From assembly GCA_964607485.1 (NCBI GenBank), contig CAZSKP010000019.1, positions 1-37,598 on the forward strand: a stretch of DNA of 37,598 nucleotides, written 5' to 3'. This DNA is from an uncultured bacterium. GTDB lineage: Bacteria > Abyssobacteria > SURF-5. Position 1 is the first letter of the stretch; each line of letters starts with the position of its first letter. A program made the position numbers and the translations under genes. Of the stretch, positions 1 through 8,829 are shown one piece after another. The notes beneath the pieces are model-generated. The model made no database searches and was not told the origin of the DNA. It saw only the letters and a program-made list of their open reading frames with translations.

Positions 1-978
1 TGGGCGATGTTTGTGCCCGACTACGAGGGCACATACGGGTCCGGCCTTCCCGAGGGCTTGACGGTCCAGGTCGTAATCGACGCGTGCGACACCCTTGGAA
101 ACTCCGCCACGTATTATGACGACGGCTCGTTCCGTTTCAAGGTCGAAGACTCGGCCCCGGACCTTCCAAACCAGGCGATAGTCGATCCGGACCCGGACAA
201 CCCAGGCGACACATGCTCGGTAATCCTTCAGGATGGCGGGATGGCCGGTACGTGGATTGAGCATCCGGACACGCTCGTGCCGGCGCCTTACTTCGGAGCA
301 TTAGACGAGCTGCCCCCGTTGCCGCCGGAGGCCGGGACAGGTTACGCACTGGCCTTGAACCTGCAACCACCGACGGTTTTCGTTAACGGATGTGTGAGCA
401 TCTTCATTCCTCTTCCGGCCGCCGCCGACCTCGAAGCGTATGAGATATGGCATTACGATCCGGCCAATGGATGGCAGATGGCCACAGTGGGAGACGGATG
501 GCTCGAGTCGAGGATAAACCACGCGTCCTACCCGGTTAATCCGCCCGGCCCTCCGACAATCGAGCTCTGTGTGAATCACTTCACCGGTCTCCAACTCGCG
601 ACTCCAGCGGCTGGCGGCGGAGGTGGAGGCGGAGGTGGTCTCTGCTTTATAGCCACTGCCGCTTACGGTTCTCCGATGGAGGACGAGGTCGTTGTTCTGA
701 AGGAATTCAGGGATCGTTACCTGATGACGAACGCGCTGGGCCGGAAGTTCGTGGACTTCTACTACCGCAACAGTCCACCCCTCGCCGAATTCATCGCAAA
801 GCATGAGTCGCTGCGTGGAGTGACGAGGATAGCCCTGACGCCGGCCGTCTGGATGTCCAAGGTGATGCTCACGTCGCCCCGCCTGGGACTCGGTCTTGCC
901 CTGGGTGGCGTTGCGGCGATACTGTTCCTGCTGATGACACTCATCGGCAGGAGGATGAAAACAAGAGCCTCTGCATAA
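1..978 (+). CDS. Surface/secreted protein with C-terminal CFI-box-CTERM domain (5' truncated by window edge)
   Basis: Frame is open from base 1. A poly-Gly linker precedes [10 protein letters not shown]...LKEFRDRYL...[16 protein letters not shown], then a hydrophobic helix and basic tail (GRRMKTR), the typical CFI-box-CTERM layout. Confidence 0.88.
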   Translation, partial: WAMFVPDYEGTYGSGLPEGLTVQVVIDACDTLGNSATYYDDGSFRFKVEDSAPDLPNQAIVDPDPDNPGDTCSVILQDGGMAGTWIEHPDTLVPAPYFGALDELPPLPPEAGTGYALALNLQPPTVFVNGCVSIFIPLPAAADLEAYEIWHYDPANGWQMATVGDGWLESRINHASYPVNPPGPPTIELCVNHFTGLQLATPAAGGGGGGGGGLCFIATAAYGSPMEDEVVVLKEFRDRYLMTNALGRKFVDFYYRNSPPLAEFIAKHESLRGVTRIALTPAVWMSKVMLTSPRLGLGLALGGVAAILFLLMTLIGRRMKTRASA

Positions 979-990
979 ACGTGTGACGGA

Positions 991-1043
991 AAACGCGCCC
1001 CTCTTCGGTCGGCTCATTTGCCGCCGGGGGGCGCGTTTGTTTT
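991..1043. terminator. Hairpin, probable intrinsic terminator between convergent genes
   Basis: aaacgcgcccc (991-1001) pairs with ggggcgcgttt (1028-1038), with an inner cggc/gccg stem. It is followed by gtttt on + and preceded by an A-run. Confidence 0.65.
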
Positions 1044-1117
1044 GGATACAACACGGTACGGACGCTCGGGTTGGCGCAACAGGGGAATCGCTTAGGTAAA
1101 TCCAATACGGGCGGATT

Positions 1118-2113
1118 TCAGGCGGTTTTCGTTCGCTCGGCTTCAGAAGATTCTTGAGAATCGAGTCCCGATTCCATCATCTGCTTGAACTTTTCTAAGA
1201 GCACGGGGTCGAATTTTCCGTCGGCAGTCTCCTCGCTGAGAATCTTCATGGTCTCGGCATGTGTGAGCGCATCACGGTAGGCACGCCGAGAGCTGAGGGC
1301 CTCATAAACATCGACGATGGCCATTATCCTGGCCAGCAGGGGAATGTCCTCGCCGACGAGGCCCGAGGGGTAGCCGCTGCCGTCGTATTTTTCGTGATGG
1401 TGTTTTATTATCGGCAGAACGGGTTCGAGCGAACGCAATGGGCGGCATATGTTCTCGCCCGTTTCGGGATGTTTCTTGACCTCTGCGAATTCGTCGTCGG
1501 TCAGTTTTCCCGGCTTGTTGAGAATGGTGTCTTTGACCCCTATCTTGCCGATGTCGTGCAGGACGCCTCCTTTTCTGAGGGTGTTGATATCCTGCTGGCT
1601 GAGTCCGATATATTTCCCCAGATTCACCGCAAGCGATGAAACACGGTCGGTGTGTCCCTTCGTAAAATGGTCTTTTGCTTCGATGGCATTCGCGAGAGAG
1701 AAGATGACGGTCTCGGCGCTGTCGAGGCTGTCGGTAAGGCTCTTGATGCGGAGGAGAGACTTCACTCGCGCGTAAAGCTCGCGGGAGCGGACAGGTTTCG
1801 TGAGGAAGTCGTCGGCGCCGGTTTCGATCCCGCGTATCTTGTTGTCGAAATCGTCCATGGCAGTGACCATGACGACGGGGATGAGGCCCGTGTTCTCGCC
1901 ATTCTTCAACTTCCTGCAGAGCTCGAGTCCGTCCATCTCGGGCATTGACACATCGGTCAGTATCAGGTCGGGACTCTCGCTCGAAACCTTCGCGAGTGCC
2001 TCGGCGCCGTCATAGGCTACAATCACTTGATAGCCGTCTTTCTCGAGCAGTTTCCTGTGAACCTCGACAACGGCTCTTTCGTCATCGACTACCAAGATTT
2101 TCGATTGCGGCAT
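1118..2113 (-). CDS. Response regulator with HD-GYP c-di-GMP phosphodiesterase domain (RpfG family)
   Basis: N-terminal receiver domain (VVDD, LTDVSMP, MVTA, FLTKP). Output domain carries HTDRV, LHDIGKIG, HHEKYDGSGYP and RAYR motifs. Confidence 0.95.
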   Translation of the reverse strand: MPQSKILVVDDERAVVEVHRKLLEKDGYQVIVAYDGAEALAKVSSESPDLILTDVSMPEMDGLELCRKLKNGENTGLIPVVMVTAMDDFDNKIRGIETGADDFLTKPVRSRELYARVKSLLRIKSLTDSLDSAETVIFSLANAIEAKDHFTKGHTDRVSSLAVNLGKYIGLSQQDINTLRKGGVLHDIGKIGVKDTILNKPGKLTDDEFAEVKKHPETGENICRPLRSLEPVLPIIKHHHEKYDGSGYPSGLVGEDIPLLARIMAIVDVYEALSSRRAYRDALTHAETMKILSEETADGKFDPVLLEKFKQMMESGLDSQESSEAERTKTA

Positions 2114-2185
2114 TTTCTGCCTTCCTGGTCAGACAGCCATCAACCCTCATCACATGCCGGTCCCTGGGCCGCCCTCAGCGTTCTC

Positions 2186-3238
2186 TCAATTCTCTCCGCT
2201 CCCGCGTATATGCTGAATCGCCCCGGCACCGGTCACGAACGCGACGCTTCTCCCCTTCTTCCTAGCGACCTGTACAAGGCCGACGAGGTTTCTTTCCAGA
2301 TTGGCGAGCGAATACAGAAAAGCCTTCGCCGAACGAGGCCGGTCGGCAAGCAGCTCGTCCGGATGAAAATACGTGACAAAAAACGGCTCGGCCTCTCCGC
2401 ACGAGAGGCGTTCCTTGATGATGCGGCCGTAAAGCAACGGCGAGGCTGTGACCTGGAGAAAAACGGATGTCCCTCCTTGTGAACCGGACAGCTTTTTCCC
2501 CCGCGACGCCAACTCTTTCGCCTTCTTCAGAATCCCGGCTCCGGAGGTGAATTTCGGAATCTCTGCGATATCCAATTCAGCCTCGCCCTCGCGGCGAGGA
2601 CGTCTGTAGTCTGCCTCCGACGGTCGATACCATTTCTGGGGAGTTCCCAACCAGTCGATCCTGTTATCGAACTTCGTACCGCCGTCGCCCGGTCCCCCCT
2701 CGAAGCGTACACCTGGAGAAGCGGAGAAATCGACTTGCAAACCCAGTTCGGAGAGCTTTTTCATCGTGAGATTGTCATGGAATGTCCAGCCCATGTGGCA
2801 GGTCGTAGGGCTCCGCCGGAGCGATTCACAAAAGCCGGAAAATCCTATCTCCAGGCAATCGTTAATCCACTGCGAATCCTGCGTCTCCTGAAACCAGCAG
2901 CCCCATTCGTCGCTCCAACGCCAAAGATGAGGGTGCCACGCGAGCTCGTGGCCGTCCTCTTCGAGCCGCCTCCACGTGTCGGCAAAGTGCTCGATGGGCC
3001 ACGACGGCGTTCCATAGATTTCCTTCATCTGAATGTCCGACCGAAGAGCGAATACCGCTTTAAGCTGTATTCCGGCGGCCTGTTCGATCCCTTTCAGACG
3101 CTCTTGCATCGAACCTATCCCTTCGCTGAGACCCCGCCACTTTTGGGCGGAACGATGGGAATCATATCGGGCGCCGCCATAACGCGGACGGTCGGGGTCA
3201 CAATCGCAGATAACAACAACCTTCAACACATCTGCCAT
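2186..3238 (-). CDS. Polysaccharide deacetylase-like (CE4/NodB-fold, WalW-like) protein
   Basis: N-terminal strand ending in D-x-D (ICDCDPD), ELAWHPH metal motif, VDFS, and late YFHPDE motif. Substrate unknown. Confidence 0.6.
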   Translation of the reverse strand: MADVLKVVVICDCDPDRPRYGGARYDSHRSAQKWRGLSEGIGSMQERLKGIEQAAGIQLKAVFALRSDIQMKEIYGTPSWPIEHFADTWRRLEEDGHELAWHPHLWRWSDEWGCWFQETQDSQWINDCLEIGFSGFCESLRRSPTTCHMGWTFHDNLTMKKLSELGLQVDFSASPGVRFEGGPGDGGTKFDNRIDWLGTPQKWYRPSEADYRRPRREGEAELDIAEIPKFTSGAGILKKAKELASRGKKLSGSQGGTSVFLQVTASPLLYGRIIKERLSCGEAEPFFVTYFHPDELLADRPRSAKAFLYSLANLERNLVGLVQVARKKGRSVAFVTGAGAIQHIRGSGEN

Positions 3239-3678
3239 ATGGGGGCCTTCTACAGTCGATTATAGGTCCGCCCGGCAATCGAGTAACACATGCGTCGACG
3301 CGTGTGCCGACCACTTTCGTCCATTATTGTCCGCTCACGGACATCATAAAGACCCTTACGAGCGGAAAAAATTTCCCCTTTAGAGAACCCGCCGCCTGTG
3401 CTTCCGCCTCATTATGCCTCGAAAAGACGGGCCAATCTGCGTGGATGATGCCGCGACTTTCAGTATACTTCGCCACGGAAGATTGAGCAAGAACTGTGCC
3501 ACGATTCTTTGTCGCTGCCGGCGCGCGCGGCGTCGCATAATCCATTACGATTCAAAGTGTTAACGATTACTGGCCGCTCAAATTATCCGCTTTCTTTCGG
3601 CTTGGGTCTCTTCCGCTGGAAGCTCCTTATGCCCTGGCCCTCTCGGCCCATGGACCTCGCAATGTTTTCGCTCATTTA

Positions 3679-3707
3679 TTGACTTGTACGTCATTGTGAG
3701 GTAAAAT
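3679..3707 (+). promoter_or_regulatory. Sigma70-type promoter for the 3782 gene
   Basis: TTGACT (3679-3684), 17-bp spacer, TAAAAT (3702-3707). Confidence 0.7.
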
Positions 3708-3781
3708 ATAGATAGCGTTCTAGTTAGGAACCGCGCCGCAACCGAACGTATTTTCGCCTTTGGAGAAGGCAGGGTGGTTTT

Positions 3782-4615
3782 TTGAAAAAGGCGGTCGTAG
3801 CCGGTATATTGATGCTGGTCATAGGATTTGTTCTCTGGCAGATGATAGCCAGAGAATTTTTCGAGCCACCAGAAAAACTGGCTGCAAAGATTGACACGGA
3901 AAAATTCACGTGGTTGACCTGCCCGAGTTGCGGCAAGTTGTTCATGGTCGAAGAGACGACGAAAAGGGGGTACTGCCCTTACTGCAAATTCGAAATGATG
4001 CTGGCCGAAGATAATAAGGTGCTCGGAAAGAGCGTGGATGAGGATGAGTTTATATGTTTTTTCTCGCCTAAGTGCGGGAAATTATTCTTCGCTTTTGAGA
4101 CGAAAGAAATGGGGAAATGCCCATACTGCGGAGAACCGATATCCCTGACTGCCCCTCCGACGAAAGATTTGGAGGAAGACACCCACCACCTGGTGGCTTC
4201 GGCGAAGCACCACGCAGGAAAGCTCTTGCTAGGGGCGCTCGGATTGTTCATGGTCTCGATTGCGGGCATTTACGTCGTGCTCAATAACCGTGTGGTATTA
4301 TCGCTTGAGCCCATCGAAGGAGCCTTGTCGGAAGACGTGAAGATCGAATTCTCGCAACGGCAGGCCAAGAAAAAGAAGCTCACTCTGGGGGACTCCGCAA
4401 ATGCGGACATCGTCTTGGAGACCCCTTCGCTGAAGGATATTTACTGCATCCTTTCATTCGTTCGTGTCGGCGGGAAAACGCATGCCTATCTGCGCCACCG
4501 CTCGAACGAGCCCGTATGGGTCAACGATAAGCCGCAGTATAACGCCCAGTTGAAAGACCACGATAAGGTTCGGATAGGCGACGTCGTGTTCGAGGTCCAC
4601 GCACGCGACAAATAG
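3782..4615 (+). CDS. Membrane protein with two Zn-ribbon-like repeats and a C-terminal FHA-like domain
   Basis: TTG start and N-terminal hydrophobic helix. CPSCGKLF..CPYC and SPKCGKLF..CPYC repeats, a second TM helix, then an FHA-like tail (LTLG..ADIVL..VWVND..LKDHDKVRIG). Confidence 0.75.
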   Translation: MKKAVVAGILMLVIGFVLWQMIAREFFEPPEKLAAKIDTEKFTWLTCPSCGKLFMVEETTKRGYCPYCKFEMMLAEDNKVLGKSVDEDEFICFFSPKCGKLFFAFETKEMGKCPYCGEPISLTAPPTKDLEEDTHHLVASAKHHAGKLLLGALGLFMVSIAGIYVVLNNRVVLSLEPIEGALSEDVKIEFSQRQAKKKKLTLGDSANADIVLETPSLKDIYCILSFVRVGGKTHAYLRHRSNEPVWVNDKPQYNAQLKDHDKVRIGDVVFEVHARDK

Positions 4616-4674
4616 GACCCCTGAAGGGACGGTCAAGCGGAGGAAATCGCAGACGAGACCAAAAGGCGAGAAGA

Positions 4675-5019
4675 ATGGCCTATTGCCACGGATGTGGACA
4701 TTACGTGGGAGATTACAGCGCCTACCGACACGGCGTACCGGGAAAAGGGGATCTCGTTCTGTGCTACAGGTGCAAGCAATGGGCCGACCGCCATCCCGGG
4801 CAGATCAATTTTCCGCCGAAACGTTCCACGCCATTCCCGGAAGGAAAGAGAGTACGCACATTCGCAAACATTTACATAATAAGCTCTTTGGGCGTGTTTG
4901 CGTTGGGGGCGGCTCTCGTCGTTTCGGGCGGGCTATCCGCCTCAGGGATCCTCTTTCTCCTCGGGGCATTATCACTGTTCCTCATCGGACTTGGAATGAG
5001 AAAGTTCATTAAGAAATGA
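4675..5019 (+). CDS. Small membrane protein with N-terminal CxxC...CxxC Zn finger
   Basis: CHGC and CYRC pairs, two C-terminal TM helices and a basic tail (RKFIKK). Confidence 0.7.
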   Translation: MAYCHGCGHYVGDYSAYRHGVPGKGDLVLCYRCKQWADRHPGQINFPPKRSTPFPEGKRVRTFANIYIISSLGVFALGAALVVSGGLSASGILFLLGALSLFLIGLGMRKFIKK

Positions 5020-5112
5020 ATGTGGAAACGGGCTCAGCCTTCCACACATTCGTTCGAGCGGCCAACTCCTGCGGGCTTCACAGTCGAGTAGAATCCGAGA
5101 AGGAACCCTCCC

Positions 5113-5592
5113 ATGAACGATCTGGACGAGAAGAGTCTGCTGGGTGATAAGAAGCGCCGGAATTTCTTCCGCCACGCCTGCGACGCCTCCGTGACAAGCG
5201 CCTTCGAGTACGACCGGAAAGACAAATGGAACCGCGACATTCACTCGGGTTATCTCAAAAGCGAGGCCATCGGGCAAAGCGGCCTGCGCGTGCTCAACAT
5301 CAGCGAAGGCGGCATCGCGCTGATATCGCGATTTCCGGCGCTCAAAGGAGCCGTCGTTTCTCTGAAAATATCGACAGCTTTCGACACGACAATCCGCGCG
5401 CAGGCCCGCGTAATCTGGGCCAAGAGGCCGAAGACGTACGTGGAGGCATACGTTCTCGGCTTTGAGTTCCTCGACATGCCGCGTGAGGACGCCAAAAACC
5501 TAAGCAACCTTTTGAAGATGCTCCAAAAAACGGCTCCCGCCCCAAGAAATCCCCTCGACCGGGGCTCAACCGACAGCGCATCCCCCGCCTAA
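5113..5592 (+). CDS. PilZ-domain c-di-GMP receptor
   Basis: RxxxR (RNFFR) and N-x-S-x-x-G (NISEGG) motifs plus ARVIW and LGFEF strands. An AGGA RBS-like sequence lies upstream. Confidence 0.88.
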   Translation: MNDLDEKSLLGDKKRRNFFRHACDASVTSAFEYDRKDKWNRDIHSGYLKSEAIGQSGLRVLNISEGGIALISRFPALKGAVVSLKISTAFDTTIRAQARVIWAKRPKTYVEAYVLGFEFLDMPREDAKNLSNLLKMLQKTAPAPRNPLDRGSTDSASPA

Positions 5593-5737
5593 CCCTACTT
5601 GCGTCATCTTCTGAAAAAGGGTACATTATGGTCATGTGTTTGGGCGCCGTGGAGCAGCCACTCAGGCAGGACACAAATAAGAATCTGCGACATGAATTTA
5701 GGCTGAAGAAAATCTAAAGCATCGACGCCGGGAGATT

Positions 5738-5956
5738 ATGAGCAGCGAGCGGCAGGATAAGGCAGACGCATCAAAACATCTTGTGCATACCCTGGAGTGT
5801 TCCAACTGCGGCGGCGTCGACAAGATCGTGATAGAGGAGGAAGTCGTCGCCCCGGGAGACAAGGTGTATCCAAGCGGTTCGGTCCTTTGCGCGAGATGCA
5901 GAACACCCACAATGGTGAATGTGTATCGCTGGACCAAGTGGAAAGAGTCGGGCTGA
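5738..5956 (+). CDS. Small Zn-ribbon protein
   Basis: GGGAG RBS before the ATG. CSNC and CARC pairs in 72 aa. Confidence 0.65.
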   Translation: MSSERQDKADASKHLVHTLECSNCGGVDKIVIEEEVVAPGDKVYPSGSVLCARCRTPTMVNVYRWTKWKESG

Positions 5957-6281
5957 TCCCGCCCCCAGCACACCCCACAAGAATTCCCATTGTCTTTTTC
6001 GCTGCTTCGTGCTATCATGCCGCGGAAGAAGGCCGAGCGGCACGAGGCAAGCTTCTTGCCCTGTCTTCCTGAAAAAGCGCGAGCAGGGAGAAGGAACGTA
6101 TCGCGCGTCATGCGCCCCACGCCTGTCACTTCATCTCTCCAACGGCAGGCGAGCATGCAGTTGTTTCCTCGACCCCTGTGACACAGATTTTCCGAGAACC
6201 TCGCGCGGAGCATCTCTCCATCTGAGTCGTTGCTGACAGAAATGAGCTGAGGCGGATTCGGAACCTCTGCGGGGTGCAAGC

Positions 6282-7451
6282 ATGCGTATCGGCTCTTTTG
6301 AATTCAACCTGCGCGAACTCGCAGGTTCGATGGGCGACTTTGGCACGCTCTTTCCCCTCGCCATAGGCTACATCGCGCTTTGCGGAATGGACCCCACCGG
6401 CCTGCTGGTCATGATGGGTTTCGCAAATGTCGTCAGCGGCCTCGTGTATCGTCTTCCCATGCCTATCGAGCCGATGAAGGTGCTCGCCGTCGTCGCGATA
6501 GCTGAGCAGTGGTCGCCCTCGCTCATCTATGCGTCGGGGTTTGCGATGGGAATGGTGTGGTTCGTGTTCGCGCTGACAGGCATCATGGAATGGGTGGCGA
6601 AGGTCACGCCCAAGTCGGTTGTGAGAGGCGTTCAAACCGCCTTAGGAGTTCTGCTGGCGATAGAAGGACTGAAACTGTTCTCCTCGGCGTGGGTACTGGG
6701 AATAGCCTCGCTGATTATCGTGATTGTGTTCCGCAAGAGCCGATACGCGCCCGCGGCGATCCTACTGGTGGCGCTCGGGCTCGTCATCATGGCATTCAAG
6801 GGTCATCTCCAGGGGCTCACCCCGCCCCGTCTGACGCTGCCTCCGCTTACCAGCTTCCAGGCGCGGGAGGTGTGGGACTCACTGGTCCGTGGCGGGTTCG
6901 CGCAGATTCCCCTCACGGCCACAAACGCCATCATCGCCTGCGCGGCCCTCATCACTCACTACTGGCCCGACCGGCGGGTGACAGAACGTCAGCTTTCCCT
7001 AAACCATGGGGTGATGAATCTGATCACGCCATTCTTCGGAGGGATGCCGATGTGCCACGGCGCGGGTGGCCTGGCCGGGCAGTACTACTTCGGCGCGCGC
7101 ACGGGCGGCACAAACATCATCGAGGGAGTGATTGAGCTGGGCCTGGGGCTGTTTCTGGCGACCAGCATCGCCACGCTCTTCGCCGCATTTCCGAAGGCAA
7201 TCATCGGAGCCATGATGTTCCTCGTCGGAATCGAACTGATGAAATTCGCCCGCGACCTGAAGGCCAACCGCGACCTCCTGCCCCTGGCCGCCACGGTCCT
7301 CGGCGCCGTCTACACCCCCTTGCTTAGGCTGGTCTCCGTCCCGCTCGCGCAAGCGATTCCCACCAGCAACATGGCCTTTGGCTTCATCCTCGGCCTCATC
7401 GTCCACTACCTCATCCTCCGCAATCACAAGAGAACTCCCGAGAAGGCATAA
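6282..7451 (+). CDS. Putative molybdate/sulfate transporter (MOT1 family)
   Basis: ELAGSMGDFGT, PMPIEPMK, and GGMPMCHGAGGLAGQYYFGARTG family motifs, with many TM helices. Confidence 0.88.
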   Translation: MRIGSFEFNLRELAGSMGDFGTLFPLAIGYIALCGMDPTGLLVMMGFANVVSGLVYRLPMPIEPMKVLAVVAIAEQWSPSLIYASGFAMGMVWFVFALTGIMEWVAKVTPKSVVRGVQTALGVLLAIEGLKLFSSAWVLGIASLIIVIVFRKSRYAPAAILLVALGLVIMAFKGHLQGLTPPRLTLPPLTSFQAREVWDSLVRGGFAQIPLTATNAIIACAALITHYWPDRRVTERQLSLNHGVMNLITPFFGGMPMCHGAGGLAGQYYFGARTGGTNIIEGVIELGLGLFLATSIATLFAAFPKAIIGAMMFLVGIELMKFARDLKANRDLLPLAATVLGAVYTPLLRLVSVPLAQAIPTSNMAFGFILGLIVHYLILRNHKRTPEKA

Positions 7452-7640
7452 TCCCCGGGGCTCTTCTCTGTCAAAAGGCTGCTTCTCTACCCTGTGTTTG
7501 AACCGTCCCGTGTGAAACAGCTGCGGCCTCCTCGCGAGAAAATCGTTGCCTTATGATATACTATTCTTAGAAAGAAGCACTAGTCGCGGGTGCCCAAATC
7601 GGCTATTTGAAGCGGAATGTGGGCGGGCAAGCACAAAAAG

Positions 7641-8696
7641 ATGAGAGGTATAAGTATCGTGTCTCCGAAACACGCCGAAAAGGAATTCGACAAGCAATTT
7701 CAACAAAGACAGAATGTGTTGGCTAAATTCCCAGCAAAAATCTCTGTCCCAGCAGCGGAAGTGAAGAACTTCCTGAAAAGGAATTGCTATCTTCCAAAGG
7801 GGAATGAGACGGCCGCGATATCGTATTCGAAACCGAAGACGGCCGCACTCTGCTATGATCGTGTCTGGGATCCGATTGGCATGGATGTCCCCGACTCCTG
7901 TCGCTTCTCCGGAACCACGGGAGGTGAGTTTATAATCGTGGGCCTTATGAATTGGATTCTTAATAATATCGGAAAGCATGATCATGACCTGCCTACCCAT
8001 GGCGCTAGGCTTGGCACTAGTGTTTTCGCTTGGCATACAGACCTTGTGGATGTATCTATGGCAGTTGGAAAGGAACTCGATGATGAGACTCAAGCAATAA
8101 TTAGAGGAGCTACTGATTATCTGCCGCGGGAGGTCGCACGACACCTTTTTGAATACCACAAGCTGCGTGCGATTCCAATATATAAAACGAAACCAGAGCG
8201 AGATGTAGAATACGCAGCCGGGAATCGTGAAGCGGCTGTCGCGACCCTCTCCAACCTGAGGATAGTGGACGAAGAGAAGTTGACATGGAGTCAGGTCATT
8301 GAGTTCCGTGAGGACAAAGATGCGCGTAAAAAGTATCGTTGTCTCTTGCACTGGCTCGATAAAGAAATGGTGGGTAAGTCTCAGGCCTTCATCGAAGACG
8401 AAATAGCGATGAAGCTTGAGAACTACGAATGGGCACTCAAGAAGCACGGTATCAAGACTGTTCTGGGCACGGTCTCTGATACGCTGGATGGCAAGTACTT
8501 AATAGGTGTATCCGCCGTCAGCGGTGTGATGTCCCTGACAGCTTCTCCCCTATTTGGCATACTAGCCGGAGCTGGTTTAGTTGTAGGCAAGGTAGGAGTT
8601 CAGCTTGCAGAGAACTGGTTGGAATTTAAGGAAATCGAACGAGGCCGCAATTCAGAGATCGCAGTTGTCTACGAGATGAAAAAACTTCAAGGCTAG
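7641..8696 (+). CDS. Hypothetical protein (loose DUF6236-like resemblance), AT-richer than flanks
   Basis: Long ORF (alternative ATG at 7617) with AALCYDRVW motif and a C-terminal Gly-rich hydrophobic hairpin. An extended -10 (TGaTATACT, 7554-7562) lies upstream. The family call is tentative. Confidence 0.7.
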   Translation: MRGISIVSPKHAEKEFDKQFQQRQNVLAKFPAKISVPAAEVKNFLKRNCYLPKGNETAAISYSKPKTAALCYDRVWDPIGMDVPDSCRFSGTTGGEFIIVGLMNWILNNIGKHDHDLPTHGARLGTSVFAWHTDLVDVSMAVGKELDDETQAIIRGATDYLPREVARHLFEYHKLRAIPIYKTKPERDVEYAAGNREAAVATLSNLRIVDEEKLTWSQVIEFREDKDARKKYRCLLHWLDKEMVGKSQAFIEDEIAMKLENYEWALKKHGIKTVLGTVSDTLDGKYLIGVSAVSGVMSLTASPLFGILAGAGLVVGKVGVQLAENWLEFKEIERGRNSEIAVVYEMKKLQG

Positions 8697-8738
8697 CGCT
8701 AGCTCTTGCACTGCAACAAATATATTTTTTCAAGGTTA

Positions 8739-8790
8739 TGGGGTCAGGTCTCACATTATTACTTTTGTCATAATGTGAGACCTGACCCCA
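8739..8790. repeat. Perfect 21-bp inverted repeat, REP-like element
   Basis: tggggtcaggtctcacattat (8739-8759), 10-nt loop, ataatgtgagacctgacccca (8770-8790). It lies between convergent genes. Confidence 0.85.
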
Positions 8791-8829
8791 GCGATGTGAC
8801 TCCAGCGATGGGCTTCTCTTGCGGCGTTC

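Noticed and set aside
3240-3680. ncRNA or small ORFs in the divergent intergenic region
   Set aside because: No tRNA cloverleaf, c-di-GMP riboswitch (GEMM) core or credible coding signal was seen. It is best explained as divergent promoter DNA.
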